Origin: the human T2T-CHM13v2.0 reference genome, Homo sapiens
Assembly: GCF_009914755.1 (NCBI RefSeq)
Contig: NC_060941.1
Direction: 5' to 3' (one strand)
DNA: 64,000 nt
The stretch's first letter is position 1, and every line of letters starts with the position of its first letter. The position numbers and the translations under genes are program-made. Of the stretch, positions 21,748-35,949 are shown piece after piece. The notes under the pieces are model-generated. The model was not told where the DNA came from and did no database searches. It saw nothing but the letters and a program-made list of their open reading frames with translations.

Positions 21748-22799
21748 CTGCAGGGAGAGGACTGGGCTGTGGAGGCTGCCTCTGTGTGCGGGGTTGCCCA
21801 TCCCCTCTGCTAAAGGGTCGGCAGAGTCTAAAGGCCAGATTCTCCCCCACCCTTCTGGGCCTCTCCCCCATCCCTGGGCTGGGATCCTTGGCAGAATCTG
21901 GGCAGACGGTTCCCATGAGATACAGCACAGGGGCACCTCACACAGAGAGGCCCCACCTCTAGGCCTTCGCCCAAACTGTGCAGGTGAGGCCGCCTCCCTC
22001 CCGCCATCCCAGTGCAAGGCCTCCTGGCCTGCTCTGTTCCCCGCTCCCGCAGCCCAGGCCTGTCCACAGAGGCTGAACCTCCACGGTCTCTTAGCCCCAC
22101 TGACATCTCAAGGCAGTTCTGGGAGCCTGAGGACCCCACTGTCTTTCAAGTCCTGATGATGAAGTGGTGAACTGCAGACAGATGTCGGCCTGGCCCGAGG
22201 GTCCGCCTGTCCGAAGGTGCTGCCCTTCGTGTCCCCCATCCCTGCCATGCTCCTGCTTATTCCAGCCTGCTGCTGCCACTCAGAACCTTTGGGGTTCACC
22301 TCCAGAAGCCTCTCCCAAGGCAGGGCGTGGCCAAGTCCAGTCCTCTATAGCCCCCATTTGGACCCAAATACTGGTGGGCAGATGGGCTCCCAAAGACTTG
22401 GGTCTCAGGAAACAAAAGCCACCTGGCCCCCAGCTCGCTGTGAGAAGGCAGGGGTGTCGCCCGAGGCAGCGCAGTGTGGCCTGTGTGAGGCTTTTCCTGC
22501 GTGGTCTTCTCCAGTGGACTGGCCGTGAGCTCACGGCAAGGCTGGCCTTCAGTCTGGCTTGGTCCTGGCTGTATCCACAGAGCAGGAACTCCAGGCATGT
22601 GGCAGGTGCTTCATCAGCATCGGCCGGGTGGATGCACGGGTGACTGTCCGAGGTGGCCATTAGCTCATCACGACCTAGGCCCAGGCCCAAGGGCCTCTAC
22701 AGGCCAGTTCCATGGATGCAGCCAAACCGCAGGTGCCAGCCTCGCAGGCTGTTTGTTTTCCCGCTCAGCCCACTGGCAAGGCGGGTGGGTGGCACAGGA

Positions 22800-23075
22800 G
22801 CACCAGGGTACAGGAGAGTCCCTCGGTGGCGACAGGCACAGGTGGTGGGTGCACGCTCCAGCTCCCGCGGGGTGCCCTGGAGGGGTTCTCACTGTCCACA
22901 CTTCCTCCAACAATTTAAGCTCAGCTGCCCATGGGAACAGCAGGCTGACAATGTGCCTTTTATTGGCTTCCTTCGCCTTCCCGCCTCAATTCCATGCTGC
23001 CCCTTAGGGGTTTTGGGAGATCATCTCCCAAATACACCCTGTGCATTTGAATCTTTGGCTCTGGGCCTCCTGACA
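22800..23075 (+). mobile_element. Degenerate ERVL-type LTR fragment (LTR16-like)
   Basis: ccttttattggcttcc...gatcatctcccaaata...gaatctttggctctgggcctc resembles the LTR16 3' end. Confidence 0.45.
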
Positions 23076-25927
23076 CTCCCAGTGGACAGCTGGAGACCAC
23101 ACACGGAGAACCCCTCCTCAGAGGCCATGTGGCTTCTGGGACAGGACGCCAGCCGAAGGTAGGAGGGTCTTGGCTCCAGCCGTCTGGATCCTTTCTGGAG
23201 CGGCCGTAGAGGAGACTGGGGTCCCTTAGAGGCCTACACGGCAGCCGGTACAAATGGAAGGCTGGTAGCATGGTCTCCCGTGTGGCCTGCGGAGCAGAGG
23301 CAGCCAGCCTGCGAGCAAGAGGAGGAAAGCCAAGAAGAGAGGCTCCAGAGAGCCATTCCCACGCATCTCCAGCTAGGCGAAGCACCTGGCTGCTGAAGCC
23401 ACTTTCCGGAGGGCATCTGTCGCGGGCAACCAAAGGAGTGCTGAGTTAGGACGGTGAGTGGGGAGCCTGGGGTCACAGGGCTGGAGGCCTCGGCCCACGG
23501 CAAAGGAAATGGAGCCAGGGAGGCAGAGCCGTGCCAAGGTCACACTACAGCTAAGTGGCCACAGCTTGGTCCCTCGACTCCTGTCTGAGTGGCTGTCCGG
23601 CTGTCGCCGCCCCCAGCACGGCCACCCTGGTTGTCCTTTCTGGAAGGACAGGCTGCTCCCCTGCATTTCCGCATGTAGCCAGAAAGCCTCTGACCAGGCT
23701 CCAGGGCAGCAGGTGCCGCTAGGTGACCAGAGGGGAAGTCACCACTTCCTGGGCTGCGCAGGGTGGTGGAGGACACAGCCTCCCCCGTACCACAGCTTCT
23801 TCCCTGGCGACAGCCCCTGGCACTGGCAGTGGGGCAGGCTGGGAGTGGGGTCTCAAGGGCTGTAGGGCTGTGGAGCACACGTGTCCACGTTCCTGATGCA
23901 GCTCTGTCCCCTGCGTTGAACAGCGAGGATGCAGCACACACCCCACAGCGTGGGAACCGCTGTCCCGATGCTCACCTGGGCATGCGCTGCAGGACCTGTC
24001 TCAGCAGACGCGCCATGTGGTATGCTGTCCCAATTCCGACAAGCATGTGTTCTGAGCTGTACGTGTTCCCAAGGTGTGAGGCTCCGGGTGGATCCTGCAT
24101 CTCCCTCAGGACCCCAAGAGGTGGAAAATGGCCATGGCTCTCGGAGGGCATGAGCCCCCAGGCTTGGGCAAGCTGGGCGGCTGCTCCTTGGGGTTCCCTG
24201 ACATGTGCCACCCCCATCAGTGGGGGCTGAGCTTTGGCACGGAGGCATCTGTGGTGGGCACAGCTGGCAGGGCCAGGAGGGTGGATGACAGGCCTCCGGA
24301 GACTCCTGGTCTGGCTGGCATCACGTCCCCAGTGACGGGCAATGCAGGGCAGCTGACTCTGGCTCGACAGGGGTATGCGGGAGGCTCCTCCATCCAAGCC
24401 TGGGGAACTGGAGATGCCCAGCAGCCCAGTTTCCCAGTTCTGCTGCCATCCTCCTTGGTCCCAAGTTTTCTTGCAGAAAGCAAGCCTATGCTAGACCTCC
24501 GGAGGGGACGACCTTACCCCTGAACCAAGGCGAGACCGTCCAAACATCCACCGATCTTTATGGAGGTCTGAACCCCACCCTCCCATTGGACAGGCGTGGG
24601 TCTTTCCTCCTCGGTGGACAGGGATGTGCCTGTGCCCTCTGCTGCTCTTGGGTACAGGTGACTGAGTCATCCCAGATTCAGGAATCCAGCCTGGAGAGGG
24701 GCACACAGCTCTGGCCTCTGAGCAGCAGAGGGCGATGGTGGGAACCAGCCCCGCGCCCACCCACAGGCGCTGGGGCATCCACCCCAAAGTCCTAAAGGGG
24801 AGCAGCCGAGGATGAGGCGGGAGGAAGGGGGTGATGGGGTGTGAGTGGGAGGAGCCATGAGTGGGGCCAGGACACAGGTGAGGAAGAAGCCATTCTATCC
24901 CTGCTCAGCCCCGGGCAGAGGCTAAGTGGGTTCAATGGCTGTGAAACCGTCAGGTGTGCAGGGAAGCCCTCGCATGACTGCACACGGACTGCCCCAGGCC
25001 GGGGGATGGGGGCCTTCCCACACTGACTGTAGCGGTCCAGCAGCCTCCACCGCCTTTCCAGCTTTCTCAGGGGCTTTCTTTCCCCCACTCAAAAAAAAAA
25101 AAAAAGCCGTCTTTGCTTCTTGTTCTCAAATGCAGGGAAAGAGAAAAGGACAGGACTGCCCTTCCCTCCCGACTGGGCTGGGGGTCCTGCTTCTGCATCC
25201 TTCCCCAGCTCTGTCTTGGCCCGGCCATTATGGACACCTCCCCAGCCCACTCAAGTTCGGGGTGGGGGTCTAGTTGCCACACAGCACCTCCCACTCTCCA
25301 CATCCTCTGAGGAGCCTGCACCCACTTTCGCCTGGGGCCCCCAAGCTTGGCACGGAGACAGACAAAGGGAATGAGCCCCAGGCAGGGTCTGGTAGACCTA
25401 GGCAGACCCTGGACAGCAGGTGGGACCCGGTGGCTGTTGTTGGCACGGAACCAAGCTGTGCTGCTGTGGCACCACATGAACCGGTTTTTGGAAATCCCTT
25501 CCTCGACAGCGCCGTCTCCCTTCGTTCCTCCAAAGACCTCCTAGGCACTCAGGCAAGGACCTGCCTTGGTGAGCCGCTGGTGGGCAGCCAGTCAGCCTTG
25601 GAGGAGGGGTTCTCTGCGTGTGGTCTCAACCTATCCACTGGGAGTGTCTGCTTCAGAGCCTGGTGGCACTGGTGGCCCCTCCTTGGGTGAAGCTGTTGGC
25701 TCCCACGTGGCATTTGAAGAACACAGGATTTCAAGCCCCTCCTGATCTGGCCTCTGCACCGTGGCACGGGCAGCCGACTGACGCCTCATCCACTCCCACC
25801 TCCCAGCCTGGGTAGGGGCATCTCAGCTGAGCCTCACTGTGGCGTTGCTTTGGGGACCAGCGCCTCCTCTCTTCCGCCCTTCTCAGGCCAGTGGCCAGCC
25901 ACGGCCTACCCCTCACCCCTTCCATAA

Positions 25928-26691
<764 letters not shown>

Positions 26692-28759
26692 CGTTAGCAA
26701 GCTGAGGGTCCCTTGAGCACAAAGACTCCCAAGGGCCCACAGTACTGGCACCTGCGTGACCCCGAGTGAGTGAATACATGCTCCAGATGGTGACCCCTGC
26801 TGGGGAACACAGACCCTGGGGGTGGCTCAAGGTAGTGAGATGGGGTCCCCCGGTCCTTCCGCAGCCCCTCATCGCACTCTGTACCCTTTGCTGCTTTTGT
26901 CCAGAGAAGGCAGGTGATGTCGTGGTGAGCGGTGAGAGAAACGGAGCCTATGTGCAGGTGTGCGTGCCCCTTGTGGGTTCTTGTCACATGTCCCTTCCCA
27001 TCACGGATGAGCAGAGACGCCCCTGCCCCACCAGGAAGGAGCCTCCGTATTTCTGGACGGTGAAAAGAGGTGTCCTGCTCAGAGGGGAGGAGCCTTCCTG
27101 GGGAATGATGTAGCTGGAAAGTCACTGGGGGTGGTCGGGACCCACCCGAGGGTATCGAGACCACAAAAATCAGTGCACGCTCCGCCTTCTGTGGGAAGTC
27201 TCAGTGTCGGTGAGGGACCGGTGGCCCCCAGGAACCCCATGTTTCTCTCTGCAGGGTCAGCTGTGCTTCTGTGACTAGGGGTTGAGGGGTGCATCCCACC
27301 TGGGTGGTGGAGGTGTCGGGAAAGGCCCTGAGTTGGATGAACACGGACTTCCCACCAATTGCTGGCTGGAAACCCTCCTCGGGGGAGGAGGAGCAGGAAG
27401 AGGCCTCGTGGTTCCAGAAATTCCAGGAAGGCCTTTCCGGAGCTGGGGCCCAGGCTGTCTTTGAGGATCCTGGGGTGGAGGAGACGGAGAGGTCTGAGGC
27501 ATGGGGATGGGCTGCAGGGGCCACTGCTCTCTCCCATCGACGCCATCAGCCCCAGGTCCTAGAACGGAACAGGCTGCCTGTGTGGGCCCCCGGGCCTGGA
27601 CAGGACCCTGCCGTCTAGGGGCCGGCTCTGCCACAGCTACCAGTGGGGTGGGTGATGTGGGGGCTGGACAGGCACTCCAAGCTCCCCCTCTCCACTGCCC
27701 TGGCCACACCAACTGCCAGGGCAGCCCATGCTCACCAGCAGAAGGAAGTCCCCTTGGGCGAGAGGGCGGGAAGCCCCAGTGGCCTCTGGGTGGCATCTGG
27801 GTCCAGGGAGCGTCCAGGGGGTTGTGTGCCCTGACCTGGTGCCAACCTGGGCAGCAGGCTCTCGGGGGGGGGGTGGGCTGGGTAGGACTTCAGGGATGGT
27901 GGGGAAGGAAGAGACCAGGGTACTTGGTGGCTGCACACGGGCCCTCGAGTGCCCCGGGAGCTCAGGAAGACACTCTGACCTAGGCAGGTCTGGACCAAAG
28001 CTCTGAACTCATCCCACTTCCTATCCCGAAGATCTAGACCACAATACCAGGCTGCTTGGGGCAGGGCCAAGGGGAGGCTCGAGTGAGCTGAAAGGGCCCT
28101 GCTGATGACCCAGGGACAGGGTCTGGGGACACCTGAGCCAGCAGGGAGGCGTTCGGCCTTCAGCTGTGAGTGCCGGGCAGCCTCTGGGAGGAAGGAGCTC
28201 CTGGAATCTAGAACACCCTCTCCAGCTGCCTTCCAAGGTAGGAAGGCTCTGCATGAACAAATACTCCAAGGTTGGGGAGCGCATGGCCTCTGAGGAGGCC
28301 CAGGTCTTTGTTCTTCGTGGGGCACCACGCCGATGCCGTAACTTCTGCCTGCAGCCCTGCCCTGGGTGCAGGTCATGGAGGATGACTCTCTCCTCTGGGT
28401 CCCTGGATGAAAGATCTGCAGACCATGACCCTGAACCCTCTGCCAGACCTGAGAGACCCCAGCCTGAAGAAAGGAAGGTCAAGGCCGTCTGTCCATCCTC
28501 TGGGCTCTGGGTGCTTCCCACCTGGACACGCTTCCTGGGAGGCTCTGGAGGCTAATAACTGGGTGGTGAGACTCCCATCCTCCTGGTTGGAGAGTACTTC
28601 ATTGGATGCAGCATTCACCTTTTCAGCAGCTGCTGCTCACTCGGGGATTCTCTCCATGGTCTGTGGCCTCTCACGGGCAAGCCAGACCCAAGCCAGCCTC
28701 TGTTTCTGACTTTCCTGTCCTTGCGTGGCAGGAACTAGGGGACAGGGCTGGGTCCTTTC

Positions 28760-28835
28760 TTCTTTGTAGCCTCAGTGCCAATTCAGTGCCTGGAACACGG
28801 CAGGTGCTCAGCAAATGTCTGCCGAGTGAAGGAAG
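28760..28835 (+). mobile_element. L2 3' end fragment
   Basis: gtgcctggaacacggcaggtgctcagcaaatgtctgccgagtgaa. Confidence 0.55.
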
Positions 28836-30452
28836 ACTTTATGTGTGTCCTGGTAGGCTGTGTCTGGTGGCCCCAGGTGTCCAGGAGGCATCTGGCCTCG
28901 GTTCTGTTGTTCAGTTAGAGTGCTAGGTCCGTCCCCAAGCTGTGTTATCTGTGTGTCTGACCCTCCTGCTTCTGGTTTTCTTCTGGGACGAACCCCTGAG
29001 GCTCACCATGAGAGACCCCCTCGTCTGTCCATAAGGTGGCTGTCAGAGGTTTGAGCAGATAAGCTGTGTCTACTGGAGTCAGTCAGAAGGAGACCCAGCC
29101 TGCTCTAGCGTGACTTGTTTATGGTGAACCCGGCTTGGCTCCTGGGATCATCTCTGTCTTTTCTAAGCACACACAGGGCGTGGGTTTGATGAATAAGAAC
29201 CAGAGCAGACAGGGAAGCTTGGCCCCTGCTTCTACCACCCTGGGGCCTGGCCTTTTCCATGTGTGTCCTGTGGCTGTAGGAACCCTGGGTATCAGGATGC
29301 TGGGGGCGCTGGAAAGGCTGATGGTCTCGGGGCAGATTCGGGCTGGGCGGGGCTCCAAGCAGGGAGGAAAGGCACCGCCTGGGTGCCAGATGAGGGTCGG
29401 GTCCAGCCCAGGAGGTGGCTGGGTGGGCTCTCTCGGCAGAGGGCCTGGGTGACGCTGGAGGAAGCCCCTGCCCACACATGCACCGGGGGAAGGCTCCTAT
29501 CTGCGTCCACGCAGCACGCTGGGAGCCAGGCTGGACGGCAGGAGGGCTGAGGCAGTCGGGAGGGGGACCCCCATTGGGAGCCGCCGGGGCGGTGCCACTC
29601 CCGGGCAGTGCAGAGAGCTCTGGCCTCCTGCCCAGCCCCGCCAGCTAGCACATCCAGCGGCTGGGACAGGGCCAGCGGGGACAGTTGGATGAACCTGGAG
29701 CCCCAGAGCAGGGGCAGGGGAGGCACATGGAGATCTCAGTGGAGGGGACCAGACAAAAGGAATAGGCCGGCTGGGGCTCTGGGGGGTGGGTGGAGGCAGG
29801 GCCTGGTTTTTGTACCCAGAGCCCACTCCAGGCCAGCCGCTTGGCCACTCCCTGCTGGCTCTCTTTGCTCTCAGGAAATCTGAGAAGTGAGGGCTCAGCA
29901 CTTTTGCCTGGGAGCTGCATTACAACCACATAATTGAAGCTATCTGATTGGAGGCCAGCCAAGCAGGTAGATTACAAGTGATTAGAAATGATAGGAGGGC
30001 CTGCAACCCGAGGCAGCTCGGAGGGCCCTGGGCCACCTCCACGGCTCTGCCTCTGCCCTCCGCCCGTCTCCTTCACTTTCCACTAACAGGTCTCTGGCAG
30101 CGAGGACACCTCCCAGCTGGGGTGAGTGTTTGCTCGAAGCAGGGAAGCCAGGCCCAGGCGGCTGGAGGACGGTGGCTGCCACCCCACCCCTAGGTGCCCG
30201 GCCATTCCTCCAGATGCCTGCTCATCACAAAGCTCCTTGGCGCCGGGGGTCGAGCAGGGGCTGGAAATGCCTTCACTGGGGGTGACTTCTGGCCCAGGAG
30301 CCCCGTAAAAGGCCTGCCCTCCACACACAGAGGCCCTGCCCAGGCCCCTCGCCCACCTGGTACACCTCATGCCCTTCTGGGCCACCCTTCTTCTGGGTGG
30401 GTGCTCCTCCCTGAAGCTCCAGGGCTGGGCCTGGGGTCGTGGGGGCCCTTAC

Positions 30453-30674
30453 CGGCACTGTCTGGGTCCCGGCGATGGGCTGTGTGCTGGCCTCGGAGCC
30501 TGGCTGCTCGGGGTGGGTCTGTGCTGGTGTGTACAGGGTCATGCCATGCTCTGTGGGGACCGGGGTCTGGCCGGAGTAGTCCTGCGTGGGGTGCGGTGGG
30601 GGCGGGGCGTACTCGGCAGGGATGCCGTTCTGTGGCGGAGGGGGGTACTGGGCGGGGGGGTAGGGCTGGGCCAT
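30453..30674 (-). CDS. RBFOX3: RBFOX3 first coding segment ([10 protein letters not shown]...GTQTVP, 74 aa). The exon extends to the acceptor at 30707.
   Basis: ATG at 30674 in good context (GCGATGG), donor CCG|gtaagg, acceptor ctccttccacag| at 30708. Confidence 0.96.
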
Positions 30675-31242
30675 CGCTTCAGGCGGAGCCGTGGCGTCCT
30701 GATCGCTCTGTGGAAGGAGAGAGAGCAAGGCCTGGTTAGAATCTTGTCCCCTTCCCGGAGCCCCTGAGGATGGGGCCTTGTGGCTGAGCAGAGCTTCTCC
30801 AGCAGTATTTTCAGCAGCCTTTCCCCGGCCCCTCCAAGGGGGGCTCGCCGGCATGGGCACCAGCTCAGAGCAGGAGGGGGTGCTGCGCTGGGAATGCCGG
30901 GGAGCCTGGCTCTGGAGTCAGACACCCCTGGAGTTCAGCCCATTTACTCACACTTGTCAGACCTGGGTACAAGAACAACTGAAGGGTTTTTGTAAACTAC
31001 CTGATTTTAAAAAAATTAACCATTTTAAGGTAACTGTAGGCTCGTGCAGCTGTAAGAAGTAACACAGTGATCTGTACACCTTGTAACCAGGGTCCTCACG
31101 GTAACATCCATAAAACCACCACCAGCAGGATACTGACATGGATTCACACAACACACAGAATGTTCCAGCAGCATGAGGACTACTGCTCTTCCCCTTTTAG
31201 AGCCAACCCATCTCCTTCCCACCTCAAGAATTTTAAGCCTTG

Positions 31243-31478
31243 ACAGGTGGATCACCTGAGGTCAGGAGTTCAAGACCAGCCTGGCCAACATGGTGAAACC
31301 CCATCTCTACTAAAAATACAAAAATTAGCGGGATGTGGTGGCACGTGCCTATAATCCCAGCTACTCGGGAGGCTGAGGCAGGAGAATCACTTCAACCTGG
31401 GAGGCAGGGGTTGCAGCGAGCCAAAATCGCACTATTGCGCTCCAGCCTGGGTGATGAGAGCGAAACTTCATCTTCAAA
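31243..31478 (+). mobile_element. 5'-truncated AluS with target-site duplication
   Basis: Starts at caggtggatcacctgaggtcagg. aattttaagcct occurs at 31229-31240 and 31480-31491. Confidence 0.9.
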
Positions 31479-31804
31479 TAATTTTAAGCCTCAGTTTTGT
31501 CATTGGAAAGCAGAAGTGAGAGGGCGGCGCTGCCCAGCCCGCACCTGGATCCCTGGAAGTGACTGTGCAGAAGCTGAACTCAGGGCCTCCTGCCTCCCCT
31601 GCCAGTGATGGCCATGACAGTGAGGTGTGTCGGGGGGCAGGGAGGGTTCCAGCCTCTGTGTCAAGGATCTCTGAGGAACTCTCAAAGATCTGTCTGTGCC
31701 CCCTCAAAGGCCTGCTGCCCCAAGCGGGGAATACTGCTCCTGCAGCCACTCTCAGAGGCTCTTAGAAGCCCAGGCCCTTGGGCAGGACCCCAGCAGCAAT
31801 ACAG

Positions 31805-31935
31805 GGCAGTGGTTGTCAAAGTGGCCTGGGCCCACAGCATCAGCAGCACCTGGGAGCTTTTTGGTGGGCAATGCGGGTTCCAGGGCGCACCCCAGGCCTC
31901 CTCCAGCAATCTGCGTGCACTGAGAACCACTGACC
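31805..31935. mobile_element. MER5-like hAT-Charlie fragment
   Basis: cagtggttgtcaaagt...agcatcagcagcacctgggagc...tgagaaccactg with inverted ends. Confidence 0.6.
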
Positions 31936-33649
31936 TAGGGCCTGAGAAGCAGCCCTGGTGGGGAGCCCTTATGATCCCAAGAGGAGGGCTGGGGTCTTTC
32001 ACAGTGCCAGAGAGCAAGGTGCAGGCGGAGGCGGCAGAGGGAAAGGGGCTCCGGCCTCCTCCACTCGCTGTCCTCCACTGCAGACACAGCCTGGGGCCCA
32101 GGACCCCCTGAGCAGGCGAGGCACTCGCCCCCCCAGGAGTCTGCGGTGAGGAGGCCCCACTGCCTGGAAGGACAGATGCCGCCTCTGCCTGGAGCAGCCC
32201 AGTGTGTTAGGACCCCTGCTCAGATGTGGATGGGTCTGACGCTCAGCCACCCTGGCAGGGACAGGCAGGAGTCCGCGTCCTTGCTGAAGGTGGGCTTTGC
32301 GGTGGGGAGGAGGAGCGCCCAGCAGGGAAGTGGCTGCTCACCTCCCTCACCTGCGCCTCCACCCCACGCTCCCATCACCCGGGGCCACGCACGCTTTGTT
32401 CACACCACACACGTTAGTTCAGTGAGCACCTACTAGGTGCAGGCAGAGGCTGGGGGCTGCCCCCGCAGGGCGGTCTTTCTCCCGCTTCCCTCCACACCCA
32501 CACATCCCCCTCTGCCGGGCTCCTGTGTTCTCGGCCTCTGGGCAGTGCCTCCCCTGGCTAAGGAGGAGCCCCTCATGTGCCCATGCTCCCTGCACAGGTG
32601 GATCTGGCATGTCCACCTCTGTCCTGCCTCCCCCACCCCTAGCCTGTCCTCTGCATCCTTCATTCAGTTCCTACAAATCCACCCAACAACTGTTGATGGG
32701 GTACCTGGGGTGTGCCAGGCCCATGCCAGGGCAGGGGCTGTGTTGACAGCAACCCCGACAGCCCCTGCTCCCTGCTGGTGGGGCCTGCAGTCCAGCGGGA
32801 AAGGAAAGCTTCAGAGAACAATGACCCGATGTCAAACCATTGTTACAGCACTGAGGGCTGCAAGGGACCTGGCTGCACCAGGGAGGTGGCCCCAAGGGAC
32901 GGTCCAAGGCTGGGTGTTCTGCTTCAGACCCGGCCACCCCCTCCTTCTGTTTATGGCCCCAAACCCTCTGCCTGGGGGCCCAGCAACCTAGGGTGGGTGC
33001 GCATAGCTGGAAGGGTGGAGCCTGGGCAACCCAGCCGTGCCCTGCTCCCTGAAGCCCCCAGTGCCGGCCGGCCCTGGGCTCTGCAGCGGGGGCCGTCTCG
33101 GTGCTCGCCACCCTGCGACAGACTCGCTGACTGGGAACCTAAGGAGCAGAAGTGCTGTCCTCCTCCCATCCCCACCCCTCCACAAAGCCAGCTGGCTCCT
33201 TCCCTCTCTCTGCAGACTCTGAAACTGGGGCGACATTCAAGCTCCTCAGCCACGGGAGGGAAGCACACACGTGTGCATGCGTACACACTCGTGGGAGGTT
33301 CCAGGCTCATTGCCCCAAGGTAGCTGGTGAGGCCCCATCGTCCGTTGTTAGCAAACGTGTTGGTGACGGAGTCCAGTGGGAAGGGGTGGATCCATGAGGG
33401 AGGAGGAGGGGGAAGGAGAGTCAGGGCACCCAGGAGGGGTGGAGAGCATCTAGAACCCAGGATGGCCAGAGGCAAAATCAGGAAAACAGGAGCAAGAGAA
33501 AGTGTGGAAGGCACAGCGTGAGGGCCCTGCAGACACAGGGGAGATGAATTTGCTGATAAATATTTGATTAGAGCCTTCACCGCCTTGCACTGTCTTCCCA
33601 GCAACCCCCTCCTCCACCTCCTCCAAGGCCTGAGAAAGAGTGGGCTCCT

Positions 33650-33972
33650 GGTTGGGTGCAGTGGCTTATTCCTGTAATCCCAGCACTTTGGGAGGCTGAG
33701 GTGGGAGGATTGCTTGAGCCCAGGAGTTCGAGACCATCCTGGACAACACAGTGAAACCCTCTCTACAAAAAATAAAAAAAAAAAAAATAGCCAGGTGTGG
33801 TGGCACATGCCTCTAGTCCCAGTAATGTGGGAGGCTGAGGCAGGATCATCACTTGAGCCTGGAGGTTGAGGCTGCAGTGAACCAAGATCACACCACTGTG
33901 GTCCAGCCAGGGTGACAGAGGAAACCCCTGTCTCAAAAAAAAAAAAAAAAAATAAAGAAAATAAAATAAAAA
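33650..33972 (+). mobile_element. Alu (AluJ-like) with A-tail
   Basis: gtggcttattcctgtaatcccagcactttgggaggctgagg ... tctcaaaaaaa. Confidence 0.93.
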
Positions 33973-35235
33973 AGAAAGCGCAGCTCCTGTCCCATCTGCT
34001 TCCTTCTCACCCTACCTCTAACCCTCTGCAGGGCTCTAATCCCTGTCATTCAACTTGGGGCTGAATGACAGCTGCCAATCACTCTCACTTGAGGTTCTGC
34101 AGGGCTGAAGCCCAGAGCCCTGAGCTAACAAATGACAGGCGAACCCGCCAACATAAAGGGGGGAGCTCCGGCAGTAGGTGCCAGATCTGAGGGCATCTGT
34201 GGTGGGCAAGAGGTCCCTAGCAGATGGGGACATTTTAGGGACATTTGTGACACTAGAATAAAACAGCATATTTGAGCCCACAGTGCTCCCTGCTTTTACA
34301 GACGCTCACTCATTGAGTGGACACTTCCCCCTTTCCCAGCTAATAAAACCGAGGTGTAGAGACAAAGTGATTTGCCAAACTAGTATGGGAGGACCCCAGA
34401 GAGCAGCACTGGCAGCCAGGATCCCAAACCCACCATATGCACCTCCACATGGAAGTGTAGCCCTGCCCAGGGTGGTTTGCAAGGGAGAGGAGGTTTCACA
34501 GCCAAGCATCGGGGTCTAGACCCTGCAATGCACGGGGATGGGCTCCAATGTCCCCTCTTAGCCACCAGGTGGTCCTGGTGACTGTCTGTCCTCTCTGCAC
34601 AGGTTTCTCCATCTGCAAATGGTCACAATAGAGCCTGGACAGAGGAAATGCAGAATGAAAGCCAGCCAGCGTGACTCAGGGGGTCTTAGGGTGACAAGCA
34701 ATATCCCTGCCCTGTGTGTCCTCCACAGCTGTGCTGGTGTGGCTGTGGTCCTGCAAGCGGCTCTCAGAGCTGGCTACACATCCCAGTCACCTAGAGAAGT
34801 GTCCACACCTGGGCCGCACTCCTGAACAACAGAGGCCACTTACAACCAATGTTTCCCAGGAGACTGACATGCAGCCCTGGTGGAGAGCCCCAGACCAGAA
34901 AAGCAAAGTGTATCAGGCCCATCCTGATAGGGTACGTGAATGCCCAGCACACAGAAGGCTGTGCAGCCAGTATCTGTCCCATTGCTTCTCTTCTTCCCAG
35001 GTCTGCTAGGGTCAGAGTCAATGAGGGCCTGGGGTTGGGTGGTGTGAGCGGAGGAGTTCCTGCTGGGCTATGGGGCTTATCTCAGATGACCTCATGTTGG
35101 ACCAGCTTGTGGAAGGATCTGGTTCCCCAGGGGACTGTACATTCTCAGAGAATGGGGACCACTTCACTCACCCTTTGTCCCCATATCCCTGCACTCAGCA
35201 CAGCACCCTGTTCTACTCAGAAGAGTCTCAGCGTA

Positions 35236-35745
35236 CATGAACGGGTGGATGTACGTACGTATGTATGTATGTATGCATGGATGGATGGATGGGAGGGGTA
35301 CATGGGTGGGCAGGTGGGTGGATGGAAGGATAAATGGATGGTTGGATAGATGGGTGGATGGATGGATTAAAGGGTGGGTAGATGAGTGGATGGATCAGAA
35401 GGTGGGTAGATGGATGAGTGAATGGATGGATGGAAGGGTGGATAAATGGGTGGATGGCTGAATGAATGAGAGGGCAGATGGATGGGTGGGTGGATGGATG
35501 AGTGCATGGATGAATGGATGGGTAGATGGATGGGAGGGTGGATAAATGAGTGGATGGAAAGATGGATGAATGGATGGAAAGAAGGGTGGATGAAAGATTG
35601 GTGGGTGTGTGGATGCATGGATGAATGGATGGGTGGATGGTTGGATGGATAGATGGGTGGGTGGGTGGGTGGATGGAAGGGTGGGTGGGTGGATGGATGG
35701 ACAGATGGATAAATGGATAGATGGGTGGATGGATAGACGGATGAG
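35236..35745. repeat. (TGGA)n simple repeat
   Basis: About 500 bp of degenerate tgga/tggg units. Confidence 0.95.
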
Positions 35746-35949
35746 TTTAAAGACCATGGATAAGTTGTTATCCTCCCTTCCTCTACAAACTTGCCCCCCT
35801 CTTCTATCATCACTTGTGCCTGGCAAAACTGGTAAGACCCAGCTCTTCCTGCTCTACTCCACAGCCCACACTGAGGCAGATAAACACAAAATCACCCTGA
35901 ATGATTCATTCAGAATCCAGGACCACCCCCTGCCATGGGCCAGGCACTG

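Noticed and set aside
22207-22222. Second RE1-like motif CAGCACC-TTC-GGACAG
   Set aside because: The 3-nt spacer is non-canonical for REST.
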